DNA of 64,000 bases from the human T2T-CHM13v2.0 reference genome, Homo sapiens: NCBI RefSeq assembly GCF_009914755.1, contig NC_060947.1. The stretch is one strand, 5' to 3'. The number at the start of each line of letters is the position of its first letter. The first letter of the stretch is position 1. A program made the position numbers and the translations under genes. The notes beneath the pieces are model-generated. The model saw nothing but the letters and a program-made list of their open reading frames with translations, made no database searches and was not told the DNA's origin. Below are positions 1 through 48,667 of the stretch, one piece after another.

Positions 1-9490
<9,490 letters not shown>

Positions 9491-9599
9491 AATTGGCCTT
9501 CTCCATCTCCAGGCAGTAAGCTGGGCAACCATCATGCTTACCTTGTTTGTTTCCCATCTCTCAGGGATCACTTTCCTTCATTGTCTAATGTCCAGTATC

Positions 9600-14640
<5,041 letters not shown>

Positions 14641-14649
14641 CGGCATACT

Positions 14650-15195
14650 TACTTGGATCCTAGCACAGAAAAGACGTTAGTGGAAAAGCCAGTGAAATCC
14701 AAATAAAGTCTGAAGTTGAGTTAATAGTACTCTACCAATCTTATTTTTTTTTTTATTTTTTATTTTTTTTGAGATGGAGTCTCGCTCTATCGCCCAGGCT
14801 GGAGTGCAGTGGCGCAATCTCGGCTCACTGCCAGCCTCCTGGGTTCATGCCATTCTCCTGCCTTAGCCTCCCGAGTAGCTGGGACTACAGGTGCTCGCCA
14901 CCACACCCAGCTAATTTTTTATATTTTTAGTAGAGACGGGGTTTCACCGTGTTAGCCAGGACGGTTTTGATCTCCTGACCTTGTGATCCGCCTGCCTCAG
15001 CCTGCCAAAGTGCTGGGATTACAGGCGTGAGCCGCCACGCCCGGCCCAATGTTATTTTCTTAGCACTGATAAATGTGCCATGGTTACGTAGAATGTTAAC
15101 ATTAGGGGGAGGTGGGTGACAGGTATGAAAGCTCACTAATGGTGATGCAACTCTTCTGTAAATCTAAAATTATTTCAGAAAAACTGTTAAAAAAC
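14650..15195 (+). mobile_element. L1MC-like 3' end split by an antisense Alu (~14745-15047)
   Basis: ttggatcct...aaagac.ttagtggaaaa...gtgaaat..aaataaagtct and caactcttctgtaaatctaaaattatttca. Confidence 0.7.
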
Positions 15196-15199
15196 CTCT

Positions 15200-17545
<2,346 letters not shown>

Positions 17546-18329
17546 ATAACAAGTATGGTGGTCACAGTCTAGGGTAGTCACGGTGACCAAGCCCAGTTCC
17601 AGCCCTCAGAGGTCACAGTCTGGTGGGGGAAATGGAGGGACCAGGCCTGATGCTTGTTCTAGGAGTCAGTGTCTGGTTGAGAAATTGCGGGAAAATACTT
17701 TTTCCCAGCCTTCAAGAAGATACTTGTGTTCATTTAAATTCTCCCAAAATCTCAACATCTGTTCCAAAATTCAGTTGGTTGCTTGTTCCTCTGCCTTTCA
17801 GATATTTGTCTTTGTCCTTTCCACCATCTTAAATACCTCTGTTGTCTGCCAGGAAATATCCTCATAGACTTCTTTATCAGTTTCAAAAGTGGATTTGCAA
17901 GAAAAGCTTCTTTCCCCCTCTGCCCTCAGTGGCATTTTTCAATCGAGCCCTCACTCACCTGACTTTACTGTTTTACCGCCTCACCCATTTACAGGCTTGC
18001 ATATCTTCAGAACAGTTCAATTCTATTCCTCAGCTTCTTCAAAGACCAAATGGAAGTAAGAAGCAGCATGTTCTGACTAACATCCCTTTAGAGAAATAAA
18101 TTAGATGAAACACTTGCAGCAGTTAAAATTGTGCCTGGTGATTGGTCTTTAAAAATACTGTCTTTTGTTTGCATATTGTCTTCCTCCATGCCCTCTTCCT
18201 TTCTAAATTCTTTTATCCATCCTTCTGGAATCTGTTTCTCCCAAGGACTTTTATCCCTCTTGGCCTGCATGGGCTATGTTCACTGCACAGTGTAAAACAA
18301 GGACAGGAGACTCTTTGCCAAAGTTAAAA

Positions 18330-19745
18330 GCGCATCAAACACGCCTAGCTTTTATTATTTTAATCACAAACCTATAGACCCCTCAGTATACCCTCCATGG
18401 GGCCTGGCCCCAGCAATCCAAAGCTGACAACCTTGGGTGTAGGTATGAGGGGTGGGAATGGAGGGGGGAGTGTCTCTTGATAACTCTGAAATGGGGTGAT
18501 TCCTCCAAATGAAGAACTGGGTGGGGAACAGAGGTTGGGGTGGCCTAGATTCTCAGTATGCGGAGCAATAAAAAAATCAGATAAACAAATGAGGGGGTAC
18601 AATATGCTTTTACAACCCTCCTCCAAGCTTCTGCCTTGCTGGGGGAAGGCTTCCAGTTTTTCCTGGGCTGGGGAGGTCCCAGGATAGCCCCTTCCTTCAT
18701 CCTCTTGCCCTACATGTTGAAAAAGAATACTGAGGTACTGGTTCTGGTAACCTGAACTCAGTCCCCCACTAATACCCATCACCTTCCCAAACTGCCCCTC
18801 AAGGAAGAAGGCAGGACTCTGCCCAAGGGTGGGGGCCTCTCACTCCAGATATAGGTCTGGAAAATTCATCCATGAAATTTCATAATCTGTCCCCTTCCCC
18901 AAGAGCAAGGTTGGCTCAGAGCCCTCCTAGGTTAGGTCAGGTTGGTCCCAGGTTAAGGCAGGGGAGCTTAAGTACCACTCCTCCCTGCAGTGTGGAATGC
19001 TTAGATGGGATGTTGCTGAGGGACAAGGGTGGGGCTGTGATCTCCACAAGCACTAGCGGTGGCCTGGTCCTACTGATTCTTTCACACCTGAAATACCTGT
19101 GCTGGGCTGTTCCTATAGGGAAGGGGTGGGGCCTGGCTCCTCCATTCCTAGAAGGCCAGGAGAGTTCCCAGGGGAAGGGGCTGGGTCTCATCCTCACTTC
19201 TGTTCCTTGCCTGGGCAGAGCAGGGCAGGGTTCATGGGGAAGGGGCAGAGCTTAAACCCCCAGGGCTGGGACCTCCATTACTTGACTCCTCTTCTGTGCC
19301 AGGACGGACTAGACTGGTGGTTCCAAGACAAAGGATGGAGCAACATCCTGACATCTCCCTTTCCCAGGAGACCTGGCTAGGACAGTCCCTAGGGGACAGG
19401 GTCGAGACCTCATCCTGTCTCCTTCCCTCACCTGGGCAAGGATGAGTCCCACAGGGGCAGGGGTGAGGCTGTGATCCCCAGGGGGCAGGCCCTGATCTCA
19501 TGTCCTTCTCCAGCCTTCTCCTTCTGAAATACCTGCACTGGGCGGTTCCTTTGGGGAAGGTGCAGGGCCTCATCTGACTCCTCCTCCTTGCCTGATTACA
19601 GGGGTGGGGCCTGATCACATCTCCTCTTCCCCCAGGATACCTGGGCAGGGCAGTCTCATGGGAGGGTGGGGGAAAAGGCGGGGCCTCATCCTGACTGGTC
19701 CTCCTTTCCTGGGTGGGAAAGTCCCAGGGGAGGGGTGAGGCCTGA
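18330..19745 (-). other. TFE3: TFE3 3' UTR (~1.4 kb; cleavage site approximate)
   Basis: Runs from the stop codon to just past the polyadenylation signals at 18351-18364. Confidence 0.8.
18351..18364 (-). terminator. TFE3: TFE3 polyadenylation signals (AATAAA 18356-18351; ATTAAA 18364-18359)
   Basis: tttatt and tttaat on the + strand, ~1.4 kb downstream of the stop codon. Confidence 0.85.
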
Positions 19746-33740
<13,995 letters not shown>

Positions 33741-33779
33741 CTTAATAAATTCTTGACGGGTGAATGAATCTGGTCCCTT

Positions 33780-34030
33780 CGGTGAATGACGACTTCTGGA
33801 ATCACAAAGATCCAGGTTTGAATAGGGAAGGGGACCTCCCCTCTCCCAGCCTCAGCTTTCCTGGCCTGTTAAATGGGGGTCAAAATACCTGTCTGGCAGG
33901 GTTGTTCTGAGGATTAAAGATAATGTATGAAAAGTGCTAGCAGGTTGTTTGGCATACAAGAAGCTTCCCAAAATTAGTTGATTCACTCATTTGTTCACTT
34001 ATTCAACATTCACTGAGCGCTTCTGTATGC
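33780..34030. mobile_element. MIR followed by an L2 tail fragment upstream of the TFE3 promoter
   Basis: cctcag.tttcc...tgtt.aatgggg...gggttgtt.tgaggattaaa; tcattt.ttca...attcaaca...cactgagcgc. Confidence 0.65.
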
Positions 34031-34305
34031 CAGACGCATGCAAGCCGGCTCGCACAAGGCGGAGGGTCTCACTCATATATCCTCAGGTGCAAATAGCTCA
34101 CAAAACACCCAGACCTACAGCCTTCCCTTCCTCTTTCCTGACATCCCAAGACCCCACCCTGAGTTGCGCCTCCAGGAATTTCACCGGGCTTTCATTTACC
34201 TTGGACCTTCCTGTATTGGCATCATTATTTCACAGGTCTGTCAGTTGCTTTCGTAAACTCATCCATACTCACACACAACCATCTCGTACAAGGGGGAAAC
34301 CTCTA

Positions 34306-37010
<2,705 letters not shown>

Positions 37011-37402
37011 ATCTGGGGTTTCACTGCAAGACAACTTCAAGGTGCTGTGAAGGGGACATGTGGAGCGAAGTGGGAGGGCAGCTGGATGGTGAAGTTGGGG
37101 GTATTTAGGGATAGATATGAGTGGTGATTGAAGGTGGCTTGGGGGTGAGTTTGGGTTCTACAACAGGACAGTTTGCAGGCAATTGAAGGATCATTTGAAG
37201 GTCTTTGGGAGGAATGGGGCTTCAATAAGACAGTTTAAGAATGCAGGTGGGAGCTATTGGGAGGGTGGATTGGGAATACGGTTAATGGGTGGAGGATGGT
37301 TTGGGGTACAGTTGGAGGGAATATAGGAAGATGGGTTTTTAGAGATAGAGTTCGGCCTTCTGTAAGGTGGTTTAAGGAACAGATGTTAACTGTCATAAGA
37401 TG

Positions 37403-39942
<2,540 letters not shown>

Positions 39943-40294
39943 TGGCTTTGGGGAAGAGTTGGGGGTCACTGGAAGGACTTAGGGCTACGTTGGGGGTTAC
40001 CAAGGGCAGTTTGAGAGTATAATTAGAGGCTGTGGGAAAGCATTTGGGTGCAGTTGGAGCCATCAAAGGGAAAATTGAGGTGGGATTTGGGGGGTCATTG
40101 GAGGGTGGATGGGAGGTATAGTTGGGAGACTGTGGGGAGGTAAAGGGGAAATGTTTACAGGTAGCATTGGGTGCTATTAGAGGGCAGTTTAGGGTGTAGT
40201 TGGGAGTTCTTGGAGGGTGGTTTGGGTGGTATTGTTGGGAAAAATTGAAAGATGTTTTGTGGGTGTAGTTGCTCATAATTTAAGACAAGGTTGG

Positions 40295-40685
<391 letters not shown>

Positions 40686-41067
40686 TTAGTGGGTAGAGTC
40701 ATGGCTGGGGCTGTTGGAAGGGGAATTTTAGGGGTGGGGTTTGGAATTGTTGGAGAGTAGTTTAGTTAGGTTTGGGTATTACTGAAAAGGCATTTTGGGG
40801 ATATTCTTGGGAGTTGATAAAGGGCAGTTTGAGGATGTAGAGCAGACTGCTGGAAGGTGGTTTAGGGGTGAAGATGAGGCTCGGGAGGGAAGTTTAGTGA
40901 TGATATTTGGGGATTATAGAGTGGTCTGGGGTACAGTTGAGGGCTGGTAGGTATGGTCCAGTGTGCAGTTTGGGGGTCTGTTTTGAAGTCTGGATGTCAG
41001 AGGGGTGTTTTGAGTTGTGGTTGAGGAGCTATTGGTGGGTAATTTGGAGAGAAGTTAAAGATCATTG

Positions 41068-42080
<1,013 letters not shown>

Positions 42081-42949
42081 ATCACTGAGAGTGCTTTGTA
42101 ATTTAGGTCACTTAAGTATGATCCAGGGTGCAAGTAAGTCTTTGGAGGGCTTAGGGGACACATTTGGGGCCACTGGAGTATGATTTGGGAGCCCAATTGG
42201 GTAACTACAGCAGGATGGTTGGTGGCTATTCGGAGGTACAGTTGAGGACTGTTGGAGAGTGTTTGAGGTGCAGTTTGGGTCAGTGGAGTGTGGGTTAGAG
42301 GTGTAGATGGTGCTGGAGGGTGGCTTGAAATGCAGTTGAAAGACCACAGAAAGTATAGTTGGGTTATATGGCACAGTGATAGGGGCTGTTGGAAGGTAAT
42401 TTTGTGGGGATACGAGGGGAGGTCAATGAAAGGTGGCTGGGTAAGAGGGGTCCATGGAACATGGTTTGGAGGTAGTGTGGGTGACTGTTGGAATTATTTT
42501 GTGGTGCAGGTGAGGCCCACGTTGAGGGTAATTAGGAATGTTTGGGCTGGTGTTGGGGGCTCCTGGAGAGCCATTTTGGGTCAATGGAGTATGGTTTGGA
42601 GGGTACATGGAGAGGAGTTTGGGGTCAATGGAGGGTGTTACGGGTGCACATTGGAAGTAGATAGCAGGTGATTTGGACATGCTGTTTGGAGGGTAATGGT
42701 TTCAGGGCTGATTGCAGATGGTTTGATGGAGCAAACTGGGGGTAGTGTAAGGTAGTTTACTGCCACAGCTTGGGTGTCCATAGAGGGTGGACTGGAGGTA
42801 CCGCTTGGAATCAACAGACAGTAGTTTGGGGATATAATTTGGAGGATAATGGAGGTTGGTTTGGAGTGCATTTGAGGAACAACAGGGAGGGTAGCTGGGG
42901 TTTACAGGTGTGGGGATAGCTTACAGAGAGCAGCTTGGGGTACTGCTTG

Positions 42950-43580
42950 AGGGTCCCTGGGGGACGACTTGGGGTGAGGGGCGCCAGTAGGCTCCCTGAG
43001 GGGCGTGGCCTCGGCGAGGGAGGGCTCCGCCGCCCTCGAGAAAGCGTGTGCGCACGCGCTCCCAGCTTGTTCGCTCCTGGCGCTCCCAGGGCAAGAAAAA
43101 TCGAAGACCCGAGCCGGCGCTTGCGCACTTAGTCTCCGCCACTGCTGTGGTCTCGTGCCCCGCCCCCCGGTCCCCCCACCCTCTAGGCTAGGCTGAGCGG
43201 CGGAGGTGGCCGTGCCGCTGGAAGCGGACAGACCCGAGTTAGAGGTGGGGGCGGGGGTCCATCGCCCGCGGCCGGGCCGGCGCTCCCCTCCTACCCTCCC
43301 CGCGACCCCCGTCTGGCCCCCACGGCTAACGGTAGCGCAGCCGAACACGGCCCACGGGCAGGGCGCCGAAGAGGAGCAGGCGCGCGCCCGGGGACGAGCA
43401 GGGCGCAGTGAGGGAGGGGCGCGTCCACTGCCCCGGCCGGCCGACCGACACCGACCCCGCCTACTGCGGCGCGGGGACCCTTGGTGAGTAACCAGCCCCG
43501 CCTGCGGAGGAAGGGAGGGGACAGGGTGGGGTGAAGGCCCGGAAACGCCGACGGGGCGTACCTGCGCGCGCACCCGCGAC
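42950..43580 (+). promoter_or_regulatory. CCDC120: CpG island; distal promoter and non-coding first exon of CCDC120 (donor TTG|GTGAGT at 43483/43484)
   Basis: Very CpG-dense, repeat-free; consensus + strand 5' splice site; lies upstream of the CCDC120 coding exons. Confidence 0.8.
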
Positions 43581-45952
43581 CTCTGACCCCGTGGCCTCAG
43601 CCCTGACCCCTTACGACCTGACTACATCTTTTTTAAACCTCAACCCCTGCTGGCCTTGGCCTCAGGACCTTCCATCCGAGCCCTGACCTAACCATATTCT
43701 GGCCTGGTATGGTCCTCAACCCCTGTTTTGTCCCCCTAAATCCAGTCCTGACCCCAAACCCCATCCAGTTATGTCCTGGGGATCTTTGACCTGACCCTGA
43801 TCCTTGCCTGACCCCGTCTCATCTCTGAAACATCTTGCCCTATCCTAATGCCCAACACTGACCCCAGTTTCTGTCCTGACGCTTGACCTGTCTGTTCCCT
43901 AAACTCTTATCCAGTCTCCAAACCTCTTCCAGTCATGTCCTGTCCCCCTAACCACAATCTGGTGTAGTTCTGTCCTGATTCCTGCCCTCTAACTTCTGTC
44001 CTTTCTCTGCACCCTATGTGATATCCTCTCCTATATACTCGTGATCTGCATCCTGGCTCACCACCTTCGTCTCCTGCCTTGTCCCTGCCCCTGACTCTGC
44101 CCCGTTTTTCCCTCTTTTCTTGTCCCATCACCATACTCATTCCTATCCTCATTGTGTCCTGGTCTTTTCCTGTTCCTGACCTCCATCCTGAACCTGCCCT
44201 TTTCCCTGTCCCCTCCTTTGACCACTGGCTTAGCCTTTCCTAGTCATGTCTTCTGACTGCTGTTCTATGTTAATCCTGACCCCTGCCCTGCTGTTTTGTC
44301 TCTTTCTTGTACTTTTTCTCTGACCCTTGTCCTGAACCCCACCTTATCCCATCCCCTGGCCAGTGTTCTGGCTCATTCCCCATCCTGCCTCTTGACCTCC
44401 ATCCTGTGATAACTCTGGCTCTATCTTGTCCCCTACACTCCTTCCTGTTCTGTCCCTTCCCATCCCAGCCCCAGGGTGTTCTTCCCCTTACCATGCCCCT
44501 CCACCCTGTTCAGATCTTCTTCCTTCCTAATATCCACTTGCCATCCCTTCTGAGCCGAGGACAGGGGTCCCATTATACTGTGCCCGGAACTTGAAGATTC
44601 TGCTGTTCCCAGGACCTCCGAAGTACATCCCAAATGCTTCTCTTAGCAAGAGCAAGCAGCCCTATGTGCCCTGCGTGGCTGATGGGGGTTTTTGTGTGTG
44701 ATCTCCCCTATCCCCACCCTAGTGATCTTACATAGAGCTTACATTTCTCTTCCTGCCCCAGGAGGGCATGCAACTGTTCCTACGCCCCTGCCCTCTGCAA
44801 GTGTGAAAGAATACCCTAAATTATTCAGTGACTCTCTGGGAGTCTGAGAGGTCTGGGTCATGTTTCCAGTCTTGCTGTGTTGGGGACTGCCTCATGTTGG
44901 GGGGAAGAGTTAAGAAAATATGAAGAGATGGGGGACCCAGGGGTATGTATGAATCTTCTAGGCCATGTTTGATTCTGGGTGCATGATCCCTGCTTTCCTG
45001 GACTGAAAAAGAAGAAGTCTATTCTAGGCCAAGGCTTTGGGACTTGGTATAGAGGAGGGATGGGGTCAAGGATTCATTCTCCTTCTCTCAGCAGTAAGCA
45101 ATAAAAATCTTGGTGCTAAGTCCACTCCACCTCTGTGGGGCTTGTCTTGGGGGAGAAGGCCAGGCAGTCACTGGATTTAAGAATCAGGCCTATCCAGTGG
45201 TAACAGTAACAACAATAATGCAGTGTTCCCCTCATTGTCCGAATCTCCTTGATTCTGAGGATGATGGGGAGAACTTGGATAGCTAGAGGGTAATGTGTTA
45301 CTCAATTGGGTTTTGTTCCTGCATTTCTCATAGAGACTAGTGAGTTTGAATAACAAGATGCCAGACCTATCTTATCCTGAAAATCTATCCAAACCTATTG
45401 ATAACAAAACAAGCATTCCTCACTTTCCCAATCTATTTGGTACCTGAATTCTGAGAGGGAGAGTGCCCGAAGTTCAGACAGTGAAACCTACCAAGTTATT
45501 TGAAGGTATTTTGTTTTCACATCTTACATAGTGAGTAGGGAAAATTGAGATAATGAAGAATAATGACTAACTAAAAAATGTATCCAAATCTATGAACTTT
45601 CCTGAGCTCCAGGGACAAGAGTTGGGATAGTGAGGGTACCCTGTTATGTAAATGGTTCCTGCATTTTGTTTGGAGGGTAAGGAAAGTTCAAGAATGAGGG
45701 ATACCAGTCGTATCTCAAAAATGTTTCTGAATCCATTCAGTTCTTGCATTTGGATGGTGAGAGTTCAGACAATTTCTCTGAATGTATTTGGTTCCTGCAT
45801 TTTTGATGTTGAGAAAGGAGAGGTTGGATCATGAGGGAAACAGCTCTGTTTCAAATATGTCTCATTTGGTGAGCAGGGAGGGTACCGTGTCTAGATAGCA
45901 AGTGGGATTTGGAAGCTGAGGGATACCAGTTCTGTCTCAAAAATGCATCTGA

Positions 45953-46228
45953 GGCCGGTCGCGGTGGCTCACGCCTGTAATCCCAGCACTTTGGGAGGCT
46001 GAGGCGGGTGGATCACGAGGTCAGGAGTTCGAGCCCACCCTGGCCAAGATGGTGAAACCCCGTCTCTACTAAAAATACAAAAATTAGCTGGGTGTGGTGG
46101 CACGCACCTGTAATCCCAGCTACTCGGGAGGCTGAAGCAGGGAACTGCTTGAACCCGGGTGGTGGAGGTTGCAGTGAGCCGAGATCATGCCACTGCACTC
46201 CAGCCTGGGTGACAGGGTGAGACTCCGT

Positions 46229-46257
<29 letters not shown>
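45953..46257 (+). mobile_element. Alu inserted into a degenerate repeat array
   Basis: Full Alu; diverged target duplication aaatgcatctga/aattgcgtctga. Confidence 0.93.
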
Positions 46258-46259
<2 letters not shown>

Positions 46260-46439
46260 GCGTCTGAATACATTTAGTCTCTGATTTTGGATAGCAAGAG
46301 TTCAGACAAGTTATCTGAGGAAAAACAACTGTTTCAAATGTATCAAGTGAGACTGAAGGACACCAGCTCTGTCTGGAAAAAATGTGTCTGAATGTATCTA
46401 CTTGATTCCTGACTTCCTGTGGGGAAGAATACTTGTAAC

Positions 46440-46650
46440 TGTGACAGCCAACATACACTGAGCTCTTACCAGGCACTGTTCTGCACAAGCTTTAAATGTA
46501 TTAACTGATTTAATGCTCACAATAGCCCCGTGAGGTACATACTGTTATCATCGTCCCCAATTGACAGAGAGGCACAGAGAGGTTAAGTGACTTGTTCAAG
46601 CAGTCACACAGCTAGTAAGTGGCAGAGCTGGGTTGAATCCCAGACTCACC
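46440..46650 (-). mobile_element. MIR
   Basis: ccaggcactgttct...tttaat.ctcacaa.agccc.tgaggta...gaggcacagagaggttaagtgacttg. Confidence 0.8.
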
Positions 46651-47448
46651 ATTTACTAGTGACAGCAGGGTCACGTGAGGCCCAGGGCCCAGCTGGGGTA
46701 GGGCTTAGAGGTTGGGTCCTCTTCGAGGCTATTAAAAGTCATGGACCAGGGCAATGATGTGTGTTAGTGACTGCCCCATTTGTCTGCCTGGCCCAGGAGG
46801 TCCAGTTACCTGCTCTCCCCCAGTTACCCCCACAACAGCCCACCTCTGTGTGAGTGTATTAATTGTTGTTAGTAAGAGTCATTAATGACATGGTGTGTTT
46901 CCTTGCACTTTGAAATGCCTTTCAAAGTTATTTGGGGCCTCCATTGTCTCTGTAACCACCTTTTACCCATTTTACAGATGAGGAGACCTAAGCTTTGAGA
47001 CTCAATCTACATTGCCAGCCAGATTCTCATCCCTCTTGGCTCTGATTTTATTACTGTCTCACTTCCCAACATCTTTGGTGGCCCATAAGAGGTGGGAGAG
47101 GCTGTGGCCGAGAGGACACTCCCCAATGCCCACCTTACCACTGCCCGCCCCAGGCAGTGAAGTGGGGAGGGCGATGAAAGGGGCCTTTGTGTTCCATGCT
47201 GGAAATCTCACACCCAGGAAGAAAGGTGGGCAGGGATGGCGGGAGGCCTTAATAGTATGAGTCTGGGGCATTGCTGATTCAGAGTGAGCTCCTCTCTAGG
47301 CTCAGCCCATCTGCAGCTTTTCTCACTTCAGGTCATGGTGTGGGCTGCTGCAGGGGTCTGGGTAGGGCTTGGGCCCTGGGTCACAGAGCAGATGGTCCTG
47401 AATGGAGCACAGGATGTGTGCTGTGTGCCGGGACTGGCCCAGAGCTCA

Positions 47449-47492
47449 GGTGGTAGTGGTGATGGTGGTGGTGGTGATGGTGGTGGTGGTGG
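47449..47492. repeat. Imperfect (GGT)n trinucleotide repeat
   Basis: ggtggtagtggtgatggtggtggtggtgatggtggtggtggtgg. Confidence 0.85.
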
Positions 47493-48519
47493 GCGGGGTG
47501 AGGGGAGGCAGGGACAGTACGTCGTAAGGACTCAAAGCTCTCATTTCCTTCTCTGGCATGAAGCCTGACTCTCTGAAGAAGAGAGACCCAGCATGGATGT
47601 GAAGAAGCATGAGCCCCCTTCCCTACTTCTCCTTCCCACTTGCAGGAGTAGCCTCTGTCTGCCTCCCAGCCAGGACCCAGCCCCCGGAAATTCTGATTTC
47701 ACCTGCTCTTCTGCCACTGTGATCTGAATCAGGCCTCTTCACCTTTCCAGGCCTCAGCTTCTGCATCTATAAAATGGCTGTGAGGAGGCTGGGTCTGTGC
47801 CATCCTGCTACATTTGTAGGAACCAAGAGGGATCAAAACCCATAAGTGTTTTGTAGGGTGTAAGTTGTGCTTGATTTATTGAGATTATTTCTTCTGGAGC
47901 CACAGAAGGATCTTGAGACCTGACCTCTCCTTAGAAAGGTTGACTTCCTCTGTCCCCAACTTGGGAAACTATTATTCCCCAGTGAGGGTGGGAATTGCCC
48001 CAAGGCCTTCTACCACTGCCTTGCCCTGGGAGGAAAGGGTAGGGGCCTCAGAATGTGATGCTTAGTGCCAAGACACAAAAACTCAGTTTACACCCGAAGC
48101 CTCCCATGTACTTTACAGCTCCCCACACCTCTATGGCCCAGATCCAAGTTGCCCCTTGGGTGGGCAGCGTCTAATCCTCTGGGAATTTGGGCAGTAGGAG
48201 AGGCAGCTGCTACTCCCACCACTCTCAGCCCTTCTTCCCAGTTTTCTGCTAAGTGTACGGGGTGAGGAGGCACAGGCCTCCATGCCTGGCCAGTTTTAAA
48301 AAAAATTTTTGTAGAGATGGGGGTCTCATTATGTTGCACAGTCTGGCCTTGAACTCTTGGCTTCAAGCAATCCTCCCACCTCAGCCTCCCAAAGTGCTGA
48401 GATTACAGGCACCAGCTACCCTGCCTGGCCCAGGCTGTCTTCTTAGACATGCTGAGCACCCTGAGTGGACCTGGCCCTGAAACTGCCCCCAGGGGTGACC
48501 CTAGTCCTGGTGGCAGACA

Positions 48520-48667
48520 GGCAAGGGTTAAAAGGTGTGGGCCGGCCCAGTTCCTGGCCAGGTAGGCTGGGCCATTACCTAGTGGGAGGTGGCCAAGGCA
48601 TCTGCCACTGCTGCTGACTGCCACTACCAGCCGGAGCCAGGGCCTGGTCGAGACAACTATTTTTGAG
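48520..48667 (+). promoter_or_regulatory. CCDC120: Possible alternative CCDC120 promoter/non-coding exon ending at GAG|GTATCT (48667/48668)
   Basis: Plausible donor in unique GC-rich sequence; the start cannot be defined from sequence alone. Confidence 0.4.

Noticed and set aside
42902-43573. 223-aa minus-strand ORF across the CpG island
   Set aside because: Arg/Gly/Pro/Ala-rich stop-poor artefact of high GC, with no supporting gene structure.
45280-46420. Considered as a CRISPR-like repeat-spacer array
   Set aside because: Mammalian DNA; units are irregular and diverged, with no constant repeat/spacer periodicity and no cas genes.
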